Source of the DNA: Dehalococcoidia bacterium
GTDB lineage: Bacteria; Chloroflexota; Dehalococcoidia; SM23-28-2; RBG-16-64-32
NCBI GenBank assembly: GCA_040877915.1
Contig: JBBDNA010000009.1
Span: 15,003 to 79,002 of the forward strand
Direction: 5' to 3'
Length of the DNA: 64,000 bases
A program made the position numbers and the translations under genes. The notes below the pieces were generated by a model. The model saw nothing but the letters and a program-made list of their open reading frames with translations, did not search any database and was not told where the DNA came from. Positions 36,505 through 46,286 of the stretch are shown here, piece after piece (position 1 is the first letter of the stretch; each line of letters opens with the position of its first letter).

Positions 36505-38946
36505 ATGGAGCCGCGCATCCAGTTCGCGAAGACGAGGGACGGCGTCAACATCGCCTTTTGGACAGCGGGGGAAGGCATGCCGTTTGTGGGCCTGCCCGCG
36601 CTCCCGTTCGCCACCAGCGAAGAGTGGCGCCTCCCCGAGCATCGCGGGTGGTACGCGCGCGTGGCCGAGAAGCGAAAGATCGTCCTGTACGATGGCAGGG
36701 GCACCGGGCTCTCCCAGCGCGACGTAAAGGACTTCTCGCTCGACGCTCAGATACTGGACCTGGAGGCCGTCGTTGACCACCTGGGGCTGGTGACTTTCGC
36801 GCTGGCCGCTCCGGCCATGGTCGGCCCGGTGGGCATCGCTTACGCGGGCAGCCGGCCGGAACGCTTGTCGCACCTTCTCTTATGGTGCGCCTGGGCGCGG
36901 GCCGCTGATGTGATGGGATCGCCGCAGTTTCAGGCCATGCTCTCGCTAAAGGATCAGGACTGGGAGATATTCACGGAGACGGCGGCGCACGTCCTCCTGG
37001 GGTGGTCAGCGGGTGAACGGGCACGCCAGGCGGCGGCCGCCTACCGGGAAAGCGTGGGAGAGGATACAGCGCGGGCGATCCTAGACGCGATGTTGCAGTT
37101 CGACGCCACAGGCTACCTTCCGCAGATCACATCGCCAACGCTGGTATGTCACCGGCGCCAGTTGGTTTTCCCAGCGCGCGACATCGCGACCGGCCTGGTC
37201 TCCAAAATACCGAACGCCCGGCTGGTCCTGCTAGACGGCGCGACGCTGCTGCCCTATGAGGGCGACGTGGAAGCTGCGGCGCGGGCCATCGACGAATTCC
37301 TGGGCGAAGGAGCAGCCGCATCGGCGGCAACAGTGCAGCCGCCTGCCGGCATGGCCGTCATCATGTTCGCCGACATAGTGGACTCCACAGAGCTGACGGA
37401 GCGGATGGGCGACGCCGCGTTCCGGGAAAAGGCGCGTGATCTGGATGGGGCGCTGCGAGCCGCGATCCGCGAGCGTGAGGGCGCGCCGGTGGAGGGGAAG
37501 CTGCTGGGCGATGGCGTACTGGCTGTGTTCAGCTCGGCGCGCCAGGCGATCGAGGCGGCGCTAAGGTGTGGGGAGGCGGGCGAGGTGAAGGGCCTGCCGC
37601 TGCACCTCGGCGTGCACGCCGGCGACGTAATCCGCGAGGAGCAGAACGTGTACGGCGGGGCGGTGAACATCGCCGCTCGGATATCCGCAGCCTCGGAACC
37701 GGGGGAGGTGCTGGTATCGGAGACCGTGCGGGGGCTGGCTCGAACCTCGGCGGACGTAGCGTTCGAGGACAGGGGCGAGCACGAGCTGAAGGGCGTCGCA
37801 GATCCGCTGCGGCTCTTCGCGGTGCAGCGAGGAGATGTCCACGAGGCTCGACGACCCAGCGACGCTCTCCCAGAGGCGCCGGCTACTGGCGGCTTGGATG
37901 AGCCGCCCATCCAGTACGCCGAGACGGCGGACGGAGTGAGAATAGCTTTCAGCGTCATCGGCGACGGGAGACCGATCGTCTTCATGCCTCAGTACCCCTG
38001 GAGTCACATCCAGAAGGACTGGGAGATGCCGGCCTTCCGCGGCTTCTGGACCGGCGCGGCACGAACGATGCGGGTCATCAGATACGATGCCAGAGGGACG
38101 GGTCTGTCGGATCGTGGCGTCGACGATCTTGCTCCTCAGGCGCACCTGCGAGATCTCCACGCTGTCGTCCAGAGCCTGGGCCTACAAAGCTTCGCCCTTA
38201 GCGGTGCGACCAGCGCCGGGCCATTAGCGATCGAGTATGCCGGGCGGCACCCTGACCGAGTCTCGCACTTGGTCCTGTGGTGTACATCCGCCAGAACAAG
38301 CGATATCTATCCGGCTGGGTCCGAGGCGCTGGACCAGATGGCGCTGACTGACTGGCATTTCTTCACCGAGGCGATCGCGCACTCGGCGTTCAGCTGGCTG
38401 CACGGCGAAGAAGCGAAGCAGATGGCGGAGTTCCTGCGTTCCTGTATCGCGCCGGGCACTTTGGTCGCAAGCATGCCTGCCTTCCGTAAGCACGACGCTA
38501 CGCCGTACCTCTCCAGCATTGCAGCGCGAACGCTCGTGATGACTCGGCGAGAGACACCGTACCTCGGTGTGGACGTGGCGCGCAGGCTCGCCTCTCAGAT
38601 ACGCGGCGCGCGGCTCGTAGTCGTGGAGGGGTCCTCCATAGCACCGGTAGGAAACGAGGCCGCCGTGCTGGACGTGGTGAGCGAGTTCGTTGGGGAGGAT
38701 GGCCAGGAGCCCGCCGGCAGAGAGGTCGCAGACCGGCCGATCAGCCTGACCGCTCGTGAGACCGAGGTGTTGAGCTTGCTCTCGAGCGGCTGCTCGGGTA
38801 AGGAGATCGCGGCACAACTGACGGTCAGCCTCTCCACGGTGCAGCGGCACATCGCCAACATCTACGCCAAGATCGGCGCCCGCGGCAGGGTGGAGGCTGC
38901 GGCTTACGCCATAAGGCACGGGCTCGTGCCGCCTCGCGACGCCTAG
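36505..38946 (+). CDS. multidomain regulator: alpha/beta-hydrolase fold, class III adenylate/guanylate cyclase domain, second alpha/beta-hydrolase fold, LuxR-type HTH
   Basis: Cyclase blocks VIMFADIVDSTE, EGKLLGDGVLAVF and GGAVNIAARIS. C-terminal LTARETEVLSLLSSGCSGKEIAAQLTVSLSTVQRHIANIYAKIG. The two ABH-like regions have degenerate nucleophile elbows (AAPAMVG, GATSAG). Confidence 0.8.
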   Translation: MEPRIQFAKTRDGVNIAFWTAGEGMPFVGLPALPFATSEEWRLPEHRGWYARVAEKRKIVLYDGRGTGLSQRDVKDFSLDAQILDLEAVVDHLGLVTFALAAPAMVGPVGIAYAGSRPERLSHLLLWCAWARAADVMGSPQFQAMLSLKDQDWEIFTETAAHVLLGWSAGERARQAAAAYRESVGEDTARAILDAMLQFDATGYLPQITSPTLVCHRRQLVFPARDIATGLVSKIPNARLVLLDGATLLPYEGDVEAAARAIDEFLGEGAAASAATVQPPAGMAVIMFADIVDSTELTERMGDAAFREKARDLDGALRAAIREREGAPVEGKLLGDGVLAVFSSARQAIEAALRCGEAGEVKGLPLHLGVHAGDVIREEQNVYGGAVNIAARISAASEPGEVLVSETVRGLARTSADVAFEDRGEHELKGVADPLRLFAVQRGDVHEARRPSDALPEAPATGGLDEPPIQYAETADGVRIAFSVIGDGRPIVFMPQYPWSHIQKDWEMPAFRGFWTGAARTMRVIRYDARGTGLSDRGVDDLAPQAHLRDLHAVVQSLGLQSFALSGATSAGPLAIEYAGRHPDRVSHLVLWCTSARTSDIYPAGSEALDQMALTDWHFFTEAIAHSAFSWLHGEEAKQMAEFLRSCIAPGTLVASMPAFRKHDATPYLSSIAARTLVMTRRETPYLGVDVARRLASQIRGARLVVVEGSSIAPVGNEAAVLDVVSEFVGEDGQEPAGREVADRPISLTARETEVLSLLSSGCSGKEIAAQLTVSLSTVQRHIANIYAKIGARGRVEAAAYAIRHGLVPPRDA
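38800..38929 (+). repeat. direct repeat copy 1 (LuxR-HTH coding 3' end), near-identical to 40468-40597
   Basis: A 95-nt perfect match (38800-38894 = 40468-40562) is followed by 35 nt with 3 mismatches. The rest of the two genes is far more divergent. Confidence 0.9.
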
Positions 38947-38991
38947 GACTTACGTGATTGGCCCACGCGCCGTGAGATAATGTGACGTCTG

Positions 38992-40614
38992 ATGGAGCGC
39001 GAAGTCCGCTACTGCACGACCGAGGACGGTGTCCGCATCGCCTACTGCGTGGAAGGCGACGGGCCGCCGCTGGTGATGATCGCCTTCTTCATTGAGTCGT
39101 TCTCTCTCGACCACCTGCTGCCCGAGAGTCAGCAGTTCTTCCGGCGCCTGGGACAAGGTCGCCGGCTAGTTCGTTTTGACGCCCGCGGCACCGGCTTGTC
39201 GCAGCGAGACGTCGCCGATATGTCCACCGCTGCCCTCGTGCGCGACCTCGAGGCCGTCGTACGAGCGGCGGGCCTCAAACGCTTCTCCCTCTTTGTCGGC
39301 TCGGCGGGCGGTCCACGGGCCATCGAGTACGCGGCCCGACATCCCGGCCAGATGGACCGCCTGATCCTCCTCAGGACGTTTGCCCGGCTGCTGGACGTCC
39401 TCTCGCGGGATATGTTGGAGGGCTTGATACGGCTGGCGAGAGCCAATTGGGCGGTCGCTGCCCGCACCTTCGCCGATATGACCGCCAATGCGGCCAACCG
39501 CACGGAGTTTGTAGAGCCTATCTCGGCGTGGGCAGAATTGTGGAGGCAATCGTCCACCGGCGACGAGGCGGCCCGGCTCCTCGAGCAGCACATCGAAGTA
39601 GACGTGACCGCTCTGCTGCCCCGGGTGAAAGCCCCCACCCTTGTCATCTCTTATCCTGACGACGTTTTCTTTCCCGTGGCCCTGGGTCAACAACTGGCCG
39701 CCGCCATCCCCAACGCTCGCTTCCTCCCATTGCAGGGCAGGGTAGGGATTATAGGGTTTCCGGAGCCCGAACGCGCGCTCGACGCTGTCGACGCCTTCTT
39801 GAGGGAGGAAGGGCCGGCGCCGAATCCCCAGCGGGCCGACACCATCGCCGGCCGCAACGTTCTCACCGTCCTCTTCACTGACATCGTGGGGCACACGGAG
39901 ATGATGCAGCGCCTGGGCGATGAACGCGGGCGGGACGTGTTGCGCGAGCACGAGCGGATCACGCGCGAGGTGCTGAAGGCGCACGGCGGGACGGAAGTGA
40001 AGACGATGGGGGACGGGTTCATGGCCTCGTTTGGGAGCGTCACGCGGGCGGTGGAGTGCGCCGTGACATTGCAGAAGGCGTTCGAGGAGTGGAATGCGGG
40101 CGTAGGGGCGCAGCATGCTGCGCCCCTACGCGTGCGCGTCGGCCTCAGCGCCGGGGAGCCGATTGAGGAGGAGGGAGACCTGTTTGGGGCGACGGTGATA
40201 CTGGCGTCGCGGATCGCCGCGACGGCGGCGGGCGGCGAGATACTGGTGGCGAACGCCGTGCGGGAGTTGTGTGCGGGAAAGGATTTCGTGTTCGTGGATC
40301 GAGGAACAGAGGCGCTCAAGGGGTTCGACGAGCCGGTGCGGCTGTATGAGGTCGCGTGGTCAGAGGACAAGGTCGTCGCGCCGCCCAGCGCGGGGACTGG
40401 GCCAAGTGCGGCACTGACCACACGCGAGACAGAGGTCCTGGGCCTGTTGGCGGGCGGCCGGAGCGGCAAGGAGATCGCGGCACAACTGACGGTCAGCCTC
40501 TCCACGGTGCAGCGGCACATCGCCAACATCTACGCCAAGATCGGCGCCCGCGGCAGGGTGGAAGCGGCGGCGTACGCCATAAGGCACGGGCTCGTGCAAC
40601 CTCCCGGCGAATAG
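38992..40614 (+). CDS. multidomain regulator: alpha/beta-hydrolase fold, class III cyclase-like domain, LuxR-type HTH (paralogue of the preceding gene)
   Basis: Cyclase blocks TVLFTDIVGHTE, EVKTMGDGFMASF and GATVILASRIA, where the transition-state Asn is replaced by Ile. The LuxR HTH is identical to that of the upstream gene. The ABH elbow is GSAGG. Confidence 0.8.
   Translation: MEREVRYCTTEDGVRIAYCVEGDGPPLVMIAFFIESFSLDHLLPESQQFFRRLGQGRRLVRFDARGTGLSQRDVADMSTAALVRDLEAVVRAAGLKRFSLFVGSAGGPRAIEYAARHPGQMDRLILLRTFARLLDVLSRDMLEGLIRLARANWAVAARTFADMTANAANRTEFVEPISAWAELWRQSSTGDEAARLLEQHIEVDVTALLPRVKAPTLVISYPDDVFFPVALGQQLAAAIPNARFLPLQGRVGIIGFPEPERALDAVDAFLREEGPAPNPQRADTIAGRNVLTVLFTDIVGHTEMMQRLGDERGRDVLREHERITREVLKAHGGTEVKTMGDGFMASFGSVTRAVECAVTLQKAFEEWNAGVGAQHAAPLRVRVGLSAGEPIEEEGDLFGATVILASRIAATAAGGEILVANAVRELCAGKDFVFVDRGTEALKGFDEPVRLYEVAWSEDKVVAPPSAGTGPSAALTTRETEVLGLLAGGRSGKEIAAQLTVSLSTVQRHIANIYAKIGARGRVEAAAYAIRHGLVQPPGE
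40468..40597 (+). repeat. direct repeat copy 2 (LuxR-HTH coding 3' end)
   Basis: See copy 1 (38800-38929). Confidence 0.9.
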
Positions 40615-40752
40615 GCGTCTACACACTTCGTGTCGTCCCTGATCTGCGGCAGGCGATTCTTTTCGTTCGTTTCTGGTTCGTTTTGAGGATGGCGGCCGCG
40701 CTCGCCGCCCATTACCCTCAGATTGACGGATTTTCTGGAAGGGAGTAAGACC

Positions 40753-41403
40753 ATGAAGCCGAGGATACTAATTCTGGCAGGACTGCTCGCCGTCGTCGCG
40801 CTGGCGGGCGTAGTCTACCTGGAGCTGCGGGGCGATTCCGCCGCGGAGGCCGGCGAACAGAAGGCAAAGGTGGTCCTGCACAACGCCGCCGGCAGCCGTG
40901 TGGGCCACGTCAAGTTTGCGCAGGACGGCGGCCTCGTCGACGTGAAGGTCGTCATCGACGCTCCCCTGACGAGCCTGGCTGCGGGGTTCCATGGATTCCA
41001 CGTCCACGCTACCGGCAGCTGCGTGGCCGATGCCAGCCAGGCTGAAACCACCTGGTTCACGTCCGCCGGCGGGCACTTCAAGGACGCTGATCCCGCCCAC
41101 GCCCACCACGGCGCTCACAACGGTGACCTTCCGGTTATTCTGGTCACTGATAACGGCAGTGGTCGCGGCACCGCCGAGGCCCGCTTCAGCACCGACAGCT
41201 TCACCGTTGAGGACGTCGCCGGCCGGGGCCTCATCGTTCACAAGCTACCGGACAACTACCGCAACATCCCGCTGGGCAGCGGCGCCACCCAGTACCAGCC
41301 GGTGACCGACGATGTGAACAGCAGCGCGACGGCGACGGGACTCACGGCTGCGACGGGTAACGCCGGTCCCAGGCTCGCTTGCGGCGTCATCCAGCAGCAC
41401 TAA
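40753..41403 (+). CDS. sodC: Cu/Zn superoxide dismutase (periplasmic/secreted)
   Basis: Signal peptide MKPRILILAGLLAVVALAG, then HGFHVHATGSC, GGHF, HHGAHNGDLP and C-terminal RLACGVI. A GGGAG RBS precedes ATG 40753. Confidence 0.85.
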   Translation: MKPRILILAGLLAVVALAGVVYLELRGDSAAEAGEQKAKVVLHNAAGSRVGHVKFAQDGGLVDVKVVIDAPLTSLAAGFHGFHVHATGSCVADASQAETTWFTSAGGHFKDADPAHAHHGAHNGDLPVILVTDNGSGRGTAEARFSTDSFTVEDVAGRGLIVHKLPDNYRNIPLGSGATQYQPVTDDVNSSATATGLTAATGNAGPRLACGVIQQH

Positions 41404-41434
41404 CCGGACTACCAACGGCAAGGAGCGAAATCGA

Positions 41435-41803
41435 ATGAACGCAGAAGTATTGCACAGAGTAATGTCGACGTTCACTGGCCTTCTCGGGCTGGTCTACGTT
41501 CTAGGCAGCCTCGGGTTCGCGCTCGATGGAGGCGATGACTTTTCGTCGGCGACGGAAAGAGTCTTCTTTGGCGCACTCGGCACCTTGTTGGGCCTGTCCA
41601 TGCTCGCGGGTGCACTCGTTTCCGCGCGCAGGCCGTGGCTTGGCGTCGCCTTGATAGCAGTCGGGGCGATCCCTGTGGCGTTTGTCCTTTACTGGATGCT
41701 CGTGATAACGCTTCCCGTCACTGCGGTGATCGTCGGTTACGCTCTCTTCTGGGCCCTGCGCTTCCGCGGCGCCCAGAGCGTTCGCGGGTCCGTGGTAGGC
41801 TGA
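41435..41803 (+). CDS. hypothetical membrane protein (4 predicted TM)
   Basis: 122-aa hydrophobic ORF immediately downstream of sodC. No recognisable motif. Confidence 0.45.
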   Translation: MNAEVLHRVMSTFTGLLGLVYVLGSLGFALDGGDDFSSATERVFFGALGTLLGLSMLAGALVSARRPWLGVALIAVGAIPVAFVLYWMLVITLPVTAVIVGYALFWALRFRGAQSVRGSVVG

Positions 41804-42083
41804 CAGCCCCTTCGTGACTTGGATCGACTGAGCGCCGTCGCAGTGGTGTCAGGTCGGGTAGAAGGGATCTCGCAACTTTGATGCCAATCCGACCCCATCG
41901 CCCGCCGAGTCATCTCGGTCCCCTTCGCGGCGTTCATAGCGACAGAGGTTGGCACGAACGCAGGCGCAAGGCTGCTTCTCGGCAGATCTGCTACGGACAC
42001 ACTACGCAGACTTATTGGGGAGCACTCAACCGTGACTACCCTAGGCGGATTGGCGTAGACTCTCAACCTGGCGGCGAACCTCG

Positions 42084-43601
42084 CTAGAGGCCGGGCAGCC
42101 CGGGCTGCGACAGCGCCCGCAGGGTTAGCACGAGCCCCACGACGACGAGCGCCAGGCCCCCGCCCGCCGGCAGAAGGCCGACCAGCCCTGCGCCTCCATC
42201 GGCGCCGGCCAACCAGCGCGGGCGCACTCCTCGCAGGTTGAACCGATCGAGCAGCCGTCTCGCGTACACCAGCAGGAGGCTGACGCCCGCCAGTACGCCG
42301 GCAAGCCCGACGCTGAACGCCAGTACGAGCAGCACCCCCATCCCGACCCGGTCCAGGGAGACCGCGGCGAGGAGCACGACCAGCGCCGATGGGCTGGGCG
42401 TCATGCCGTCCGCCAGTCCAAGCCAGAACAGGCTGCGCCAGGGCAGCCGGCCGTCTTGCGGCGCCGCCGGGTGGGCGTGGTGATGGCCGCCCCCGTTCCC
42501 GTGACCGTGGCGGCCGTCCCGGCGCCAGCGCCGTAGCCGGCCGAGCGCGGGGAGCAGCAGACGCGCGCCGAGCCCTACGACGATCAGGGCTGAGAGCAGG
42601 CTGAGCCATGGGTACAAGTGTTCCGGCAGAATGAAGCGTGAGCCATAGAGCGTAACGAGGGCAATCGCCAGCACGCCCACGGCGTGGGTGGTCGCGATGA
42701 TCATCCCGAGAAGCAAGGCTTGCCTGCCGGTCCCCTTCACGCCGATGAAATAGGCAGCAACGAAGGTCTTGCCGTGGCCGGGCTCCAGCGCGTGCAAGGC
42801 GCCGAACCCCAACGCCCCCAGCACAGCCAAGACGAGCACCGGCAGGCTCAGGTTCTCCATGGCCACCAGCGAGACGAAGCCGCCGGACGGCCTATCGGTC
42901 GCCAGGGCCGAGGGCGTGGTTTGAGGGGTCGCTGGCGCGGGCGGCGCGAGCTCGCCGTGGCCCGCCGTGTACCTGAAGCTCGCCTCGGTAACGTCCAGCG
43001 GGCTGGACAGCAGGTCGTCGGGGTAGGCCCGCAGCCCGTCCGTGACGCCTTCCGCCGGCGCCGTGGAGTCGCGGAGGGCCACGCCTTCGCCCGCCCGCAC
43101 GACGATCTCCTTCCAGCCCAGCCGGTCGGCGTAGTTGCTGTCCCGGTAGCTCACCCTGGCCTCGGCGGCGGGCGCGGGCGCTTCCAGCAGCAAGCTCAAG
43201 CGCAGAGTCGACAGCCCGCCCTGACCGTCGGGAAGGCTCATTTCTCGGGACAGGACTCTTAGCTCCGCCTTCGCGCCATCTACGACAACGTCCAGGCCAC
43301 GGGCCAGCTCCTCGCCCTTTCGCTCGGAGTACGAGGCGCTCTCCGCCTCGCTCACGCTGCCGTCGCCATCGGCATCGAGTGCGCCGCGCTCCTGGAACGC
43401 GGGGATCTCCGCCATGTCCAGCACGTAGCTGACGCGTATGACGTCCGAATAGAGCTCGATGCGACTGAAGCGGTTCACCGTGAAGTTGCCCAGCGGATGC
43501 GCGTCGACCGTCGGCGGCCGGGCCGCCAATAGCGCGATCGCGAGCAGCGTCGCCACAAGCGCTGTCGCCATTAGCCCGAATCGAACCCCGACAGCCGACA
43601 C
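42084..43601 (-). CDS. NicO/RcnA-like nickel/cobalt transporter family protein with N-terminal extracytoplasmic domain
   Basis: Signal/TM, then HPLGNFTVNRFSRIELY. The C-terminal membrane domain has ALHALEPGHGKTFVAAYFIG and a His-rich loop RHGHGNGGGHHHAHP. Confidence 0.65.
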   Translation of the reverse strand: MSAVGVRFGLMATALVATLLAIALLAARPPTVDAHPLGNFTVNRFSRIELYSDVIRVSYVLDMAEIPAFQERGALDADGDGSVSEAESASYSERKGEELARGLDVVVDGAKAELRVLSREMSLPDGQGGLSTLRLSLLLEAPAPAAEARVSYRDSNYADRLGWKEIVVRAGEGVALRDSTAPAEGVTDGLRAYPDDLLSSPLDVTEASFRYTAGHGELAPPAPATPQTTPSALATDRPSGGFVSLVAMENLSLPVLVLAVLGALGFGALHALEPGHGKTFVAAYFIGVKGTGRQALLLGMIIATTHAVGVLAIALVTLYGSRFILPEHLYPWLSLLSALIVVGLGARLLLPALGRLRRWRRDGRHGHGNGGGHHHAHPAAPQDGRLPWRSLFWLGLADGMTPSPSALVVLLAAVSLDRVGMGVLLVLAFSVGLAGVLAGVSLLLVYARRLLDRFNLRGVRPRWLAGADGGAGLVGLLPAGGGLALVVVGLVLTLRALSQPGLPGL

Positions 43602-43603
43602 GG

Positions 43604-44959
43604 CTACCCTCGCACCGCAGCTCGAAGCTGGGCCAGCGTCTCCGCCGCCGGCCCCGCGTACAGGACCGAGAATTCAGGGTTGATGTCGAGCGCAAGCTCG
43701 AGCCGCTCGCGCGCGCCGTCAAGGTCGCCGAGCTCCAGGCGGATCATCGCGGCGTGGAACAGCATCGAAGCGTCCCGCGTGCCGAGCCGGAGCGCCTCAT
43801 CAGAGAAGGCCAGCGCGTCTTGGGGCCGGCCGGCTTTGTACAACGCCCAGGCGAGCGTGTCCGCGGCCTGGATGCTGGGTCGCTCCTCGTACACGGCCCC
43901 AGCCTGCCTCAACGCTTCGTCTGGCCGCAGGTCGTGGTCGGCCAGGAACTGCGCCATCTGCAAGTCGGTGTTCACGCCGTTCGCCCTGTAGAGATCGTCG
44001 ATCGCTGCCACCAGCTCGTACTGCCTGGCGGCCTCGTCCTCCCGTCCGGCGGCGAGGGCGACGTCGCCCAGAGCGGCAACGTACTCGGGCACGGGATAGC
44101 GAGCGACGACTTCATCGTAGAGCGAGATGGCGCTCTCATAGTCGCCGCGGGCAGCGTGTACCCTGGCGAGGCCGGCCAGGGCGTGGACGTAGCCAGGGAA
44201 GGCGTTGAGCGCGCGCCCGTACTCCTCGTCCGCGGTCTCGAAATCGCCCGTGCTGAAGCGAAGGTGGCCGAGCTGGACGCGGGCCCAGGCCGTGCTCTCC
44301 GGACGGCGGCCGCTGTCGCTGGACAGGGCGTTGCCCCACATCAGCTCGGCGGTCTCCAGATCGCCGCGGAGCTCCAGGAGCCCGGCCAGACGCCCGAACG
44401 ACGATAGCCCGGGCACCTGCGCGACGACTTGCTGGTACGCCTCTTGCGCTTCGTCGTAGCGGCTCAGCGCCACCAGCGCGTCGCCGCGCACGGCGATCGC
44501 GAACGGCTCTCCGGCGTCTATCGCGAGCGCCTCGTCGGCCAGTCGGAGCGCCTCCTCGAACTCGTGAGTGGCGTTCTTGACGACCGCAAGCTGGACGAAG
44601 GCGTCGTAGTTGTCCTGCGGCAGCGCTTCCAGCGAGGCCTGCAGCGCCGCTTCCGCCCGGCCGTAGTCCGCGACGTCGCCCGTTTGCCGGGCCCGCTGCA
44701 CGTAGGCGTCCGCCAGCCGGTTGTAGGCGACGAAGTCCTGCCGGTCGCGCTCGACCCGGCTCTCGAAGAAGCGGACCAGGTCCGCCGTGATGGCGCTCGG
44801 GTGAGCGGTCGTAGTGACGGCGGCCGGGCTCGACCCGCCGTCCCGCAGGCCGAGCCCCGTGAGAATCAGGGACAGGAGGAGGGACGTCAGGAGGCCCGCT
44901 AGGACCGGCGCCGCCAGCCTCACTTTCGCTGGGCCTCCCTCCGCCCTCGCCTGAGTCAC
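43604..44959 (-). CDS. TPR-repeat protein, N-terminally membrane-anchored or secreted
   Basis: N-terminal hydrophobic helix followed by repeated A..Y/A..A..P TPR-like units over ~400 aa. Tightly packed between the DUF4331 and NicO-like genes. Confidence 0.7.
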   Translation of the reverse strand: MTQARAEGGPAKVRLAAPVLAGLLTSLLLSLILTGLGLRDGGSSPAAVTTTAHPSAITADLVRFFESRVERDRQDFVAYNRLADAYVQRARQTGDVADYGRAEAALQASLEALPQDNYDAFVQLAVVKNATHEFEEALRLADEALAIDAGEPFAIAVRGDALVALSRYDEAQEAYQQVVAQVPGLSSFGRLAGLLELRGDLETAELMWGNALSSDSGRRPESTAWARVQLGHLRFSTGDFETADEEYGRALNAFPGYVHALAGLARVHAARGDYESAISLYDEVVARYPVPEYVAALGDVALAAGREDEAARQYELVAAIDDLYRANGVNTDLQMAQFLADHDLRPDEALRQAGAVYEERPSIQAADTLAWALYKAGRPQDALAFSDEALRLGTRDASMLFHAAMIRLELGDLDGARERLELALDINPEFSVLYAGPAAETLAQLRAAVRG

Positions 44960-44960
44960 G

Positions 44961-46286
44961 CTAGCCTATCGCCCTTCGGCGCAGGAGCAGCGCCGTGCCC
45001 GCGGCGGCCAGCAGACCGCCCAGGCCAACGACGACGATGAACGTCCAGCTCAGGCCGCCGTCCTCGCCGGGGGCGGTGCCGGCCGTGGGCAGCTGCGGGG
45101 TTGCCGTCGCCTCCGGCGAGGGCGTGGCGGTCGCCGTCGGCTGCGCCTCCGGCTGGTGCGGGTCGGCCAGGTAGGGGAAAGTGGACGAGAAGGCCACGTC
45201 GTTGGCGTCGATGGCGTCCGTGATGCCAGCGGTGCGGTTCAGCACCAGTTGCAGGGCCACGTCGATGACATCGTCCTCCAGCGTCCGGCCGTTCGTGAAG
45301 CCGACGGGCTGGGAGAAGTCGATCGTCACCACGTCGGGGATCACCGCGTCCTTCACCTGCTCAGCGGTCAGGGAGCCGAGGGGGCCGCCGTCCTCCGGGC
45401 CCACGGCGGCGTCCAGCACGCCGTTCACCGCCGTCCGCAGCCCCTCGATGGTGGTCTGGGCGGCAGCGCCGAAGTCGGCGGCGTCGTTGGCGGGGTCGGC
45501 CTGGTTGAAGGCGTCCTTCTGATCGCTGGGGATGACGGCGGTGTTGATGGCTGGGATGGCCATCCGGTCCACCTGGGAGCCGGCGCGGGAGGTCGTGGCC
45601 CAGGCCCTGATGACTCCGGTGTCGGAGGTCGCCTCTCCGGTGAGGGCGGTGACCGGGAGCTCGATGACGATAGACGAAACGTTCGTGCCGGCGAAGGTGT
45701 CGGCGGCCGGGGTCTCGCCCTCCGCGCGGAGCCCCTCGGCGGGGACGTAGGGGCCGGCGACGAAGGCCTTGAAGCCGACGAGATCGAAGAAGAACGGGTC
45801 GTCCCGCTGGCCGGCGAACACCTTGATGCCGTTCGCCTCCGTAACCATCGGTTCGGGCGGCGTCGGGTCGGTCGAGGGCGGGGTCACCTCGCCCGTGATC
45901 GGCTCGCCAAGCCCCTCCACGGTGAACATCAGCGGGTCGCCCGAGAAGGTGATGCTCGCCGTGGCGTCGGCTACCAGGTCGCCGGTATTGTCGATGTGCA
46001 GGTTGTAGGTGACGTCCGTGGCGAAGTTGCCGGCGGCGTTTTCGGGCGGCGCCGTCAGGCCGTTGACGTTGAGGACCGCCACCAGGTTATCGGGGTCTTC
46101 CGGGCTGCGGAAGGCGTAGACATCGGTGATGTCCGCGGGCGCGTCGTCCTCGACGCCCGGCGAATCGCGGTGGTCGGCCCCCCGCGTCGGGCCGACGGCG
46201 AGCAGCGCGACCGCCATGAGCGCGATCGCGATGGCTATCATGAGCGCCGGGCCGGCCAGGCCGGCGGCGCGAGCTGATACTGGCAT
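44961..46286 (-). CDS. DUF4331-like secreted protein with C-terminal TM anchor
   Basis: Signal peptide, then the GADHRDSPGVEDDAPADITDVYAF block as I recall it for DUF4331. C-terminal Thr/Pro-rich linker and hydrophobic anchor followed by LLRRRA. An AAGGAGG RBS is present. Confidence 0.65.
   Translation of the reverse strand: MPVSARAAGLAGPALMIAIAIALMAVALLAVGPTRGADHRDSPGVEDDAPADITDVYAFRSPEDPDNLVAVLNVNGLTAPPENAAGNFATDVTYNLHIDNTGDLVADATASITFSGDPLMFTVEGLGEPITGEVTPPSTDPTPPEPMVTEANGIKVFAGQRDDPFFFDLVGFKAFVAGPYVPAEGLRAEGETPAADTFAGTNVSSIVIELPVTALTGEATSDTGVIRAWATTSRAGSQVDRMAIPAINTAVIPSDQKDAFNQADPANDAADFGAAAQTTIEGLRTAVNGVLDAAVGPEDGGPLGSLTAEQVKDAVIPDVVTIDFSQPVGFTNGRTLEDDVIDVALQLVLNRTAGITDAIDANDVAFSSTFPYLADPHQPEAQPTATATPSPEATATPQLPTAGTAPGEDGGLSWTFIVVVGLGGLLAAAGTALLLRRRAIG

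Noticed and set aside
45000-45110. Possible sortase signal in the DUF4331-like protein (LPTAG followed by a hydrophobic helix and RRRA)
   Set aside because: LPTAG does not fit LPxTG (Thr is at position 3, not 4). About 16 residues separate it from the helix, and no sortase gene is nearby. It is described only as a C-terminal membrane anchor.
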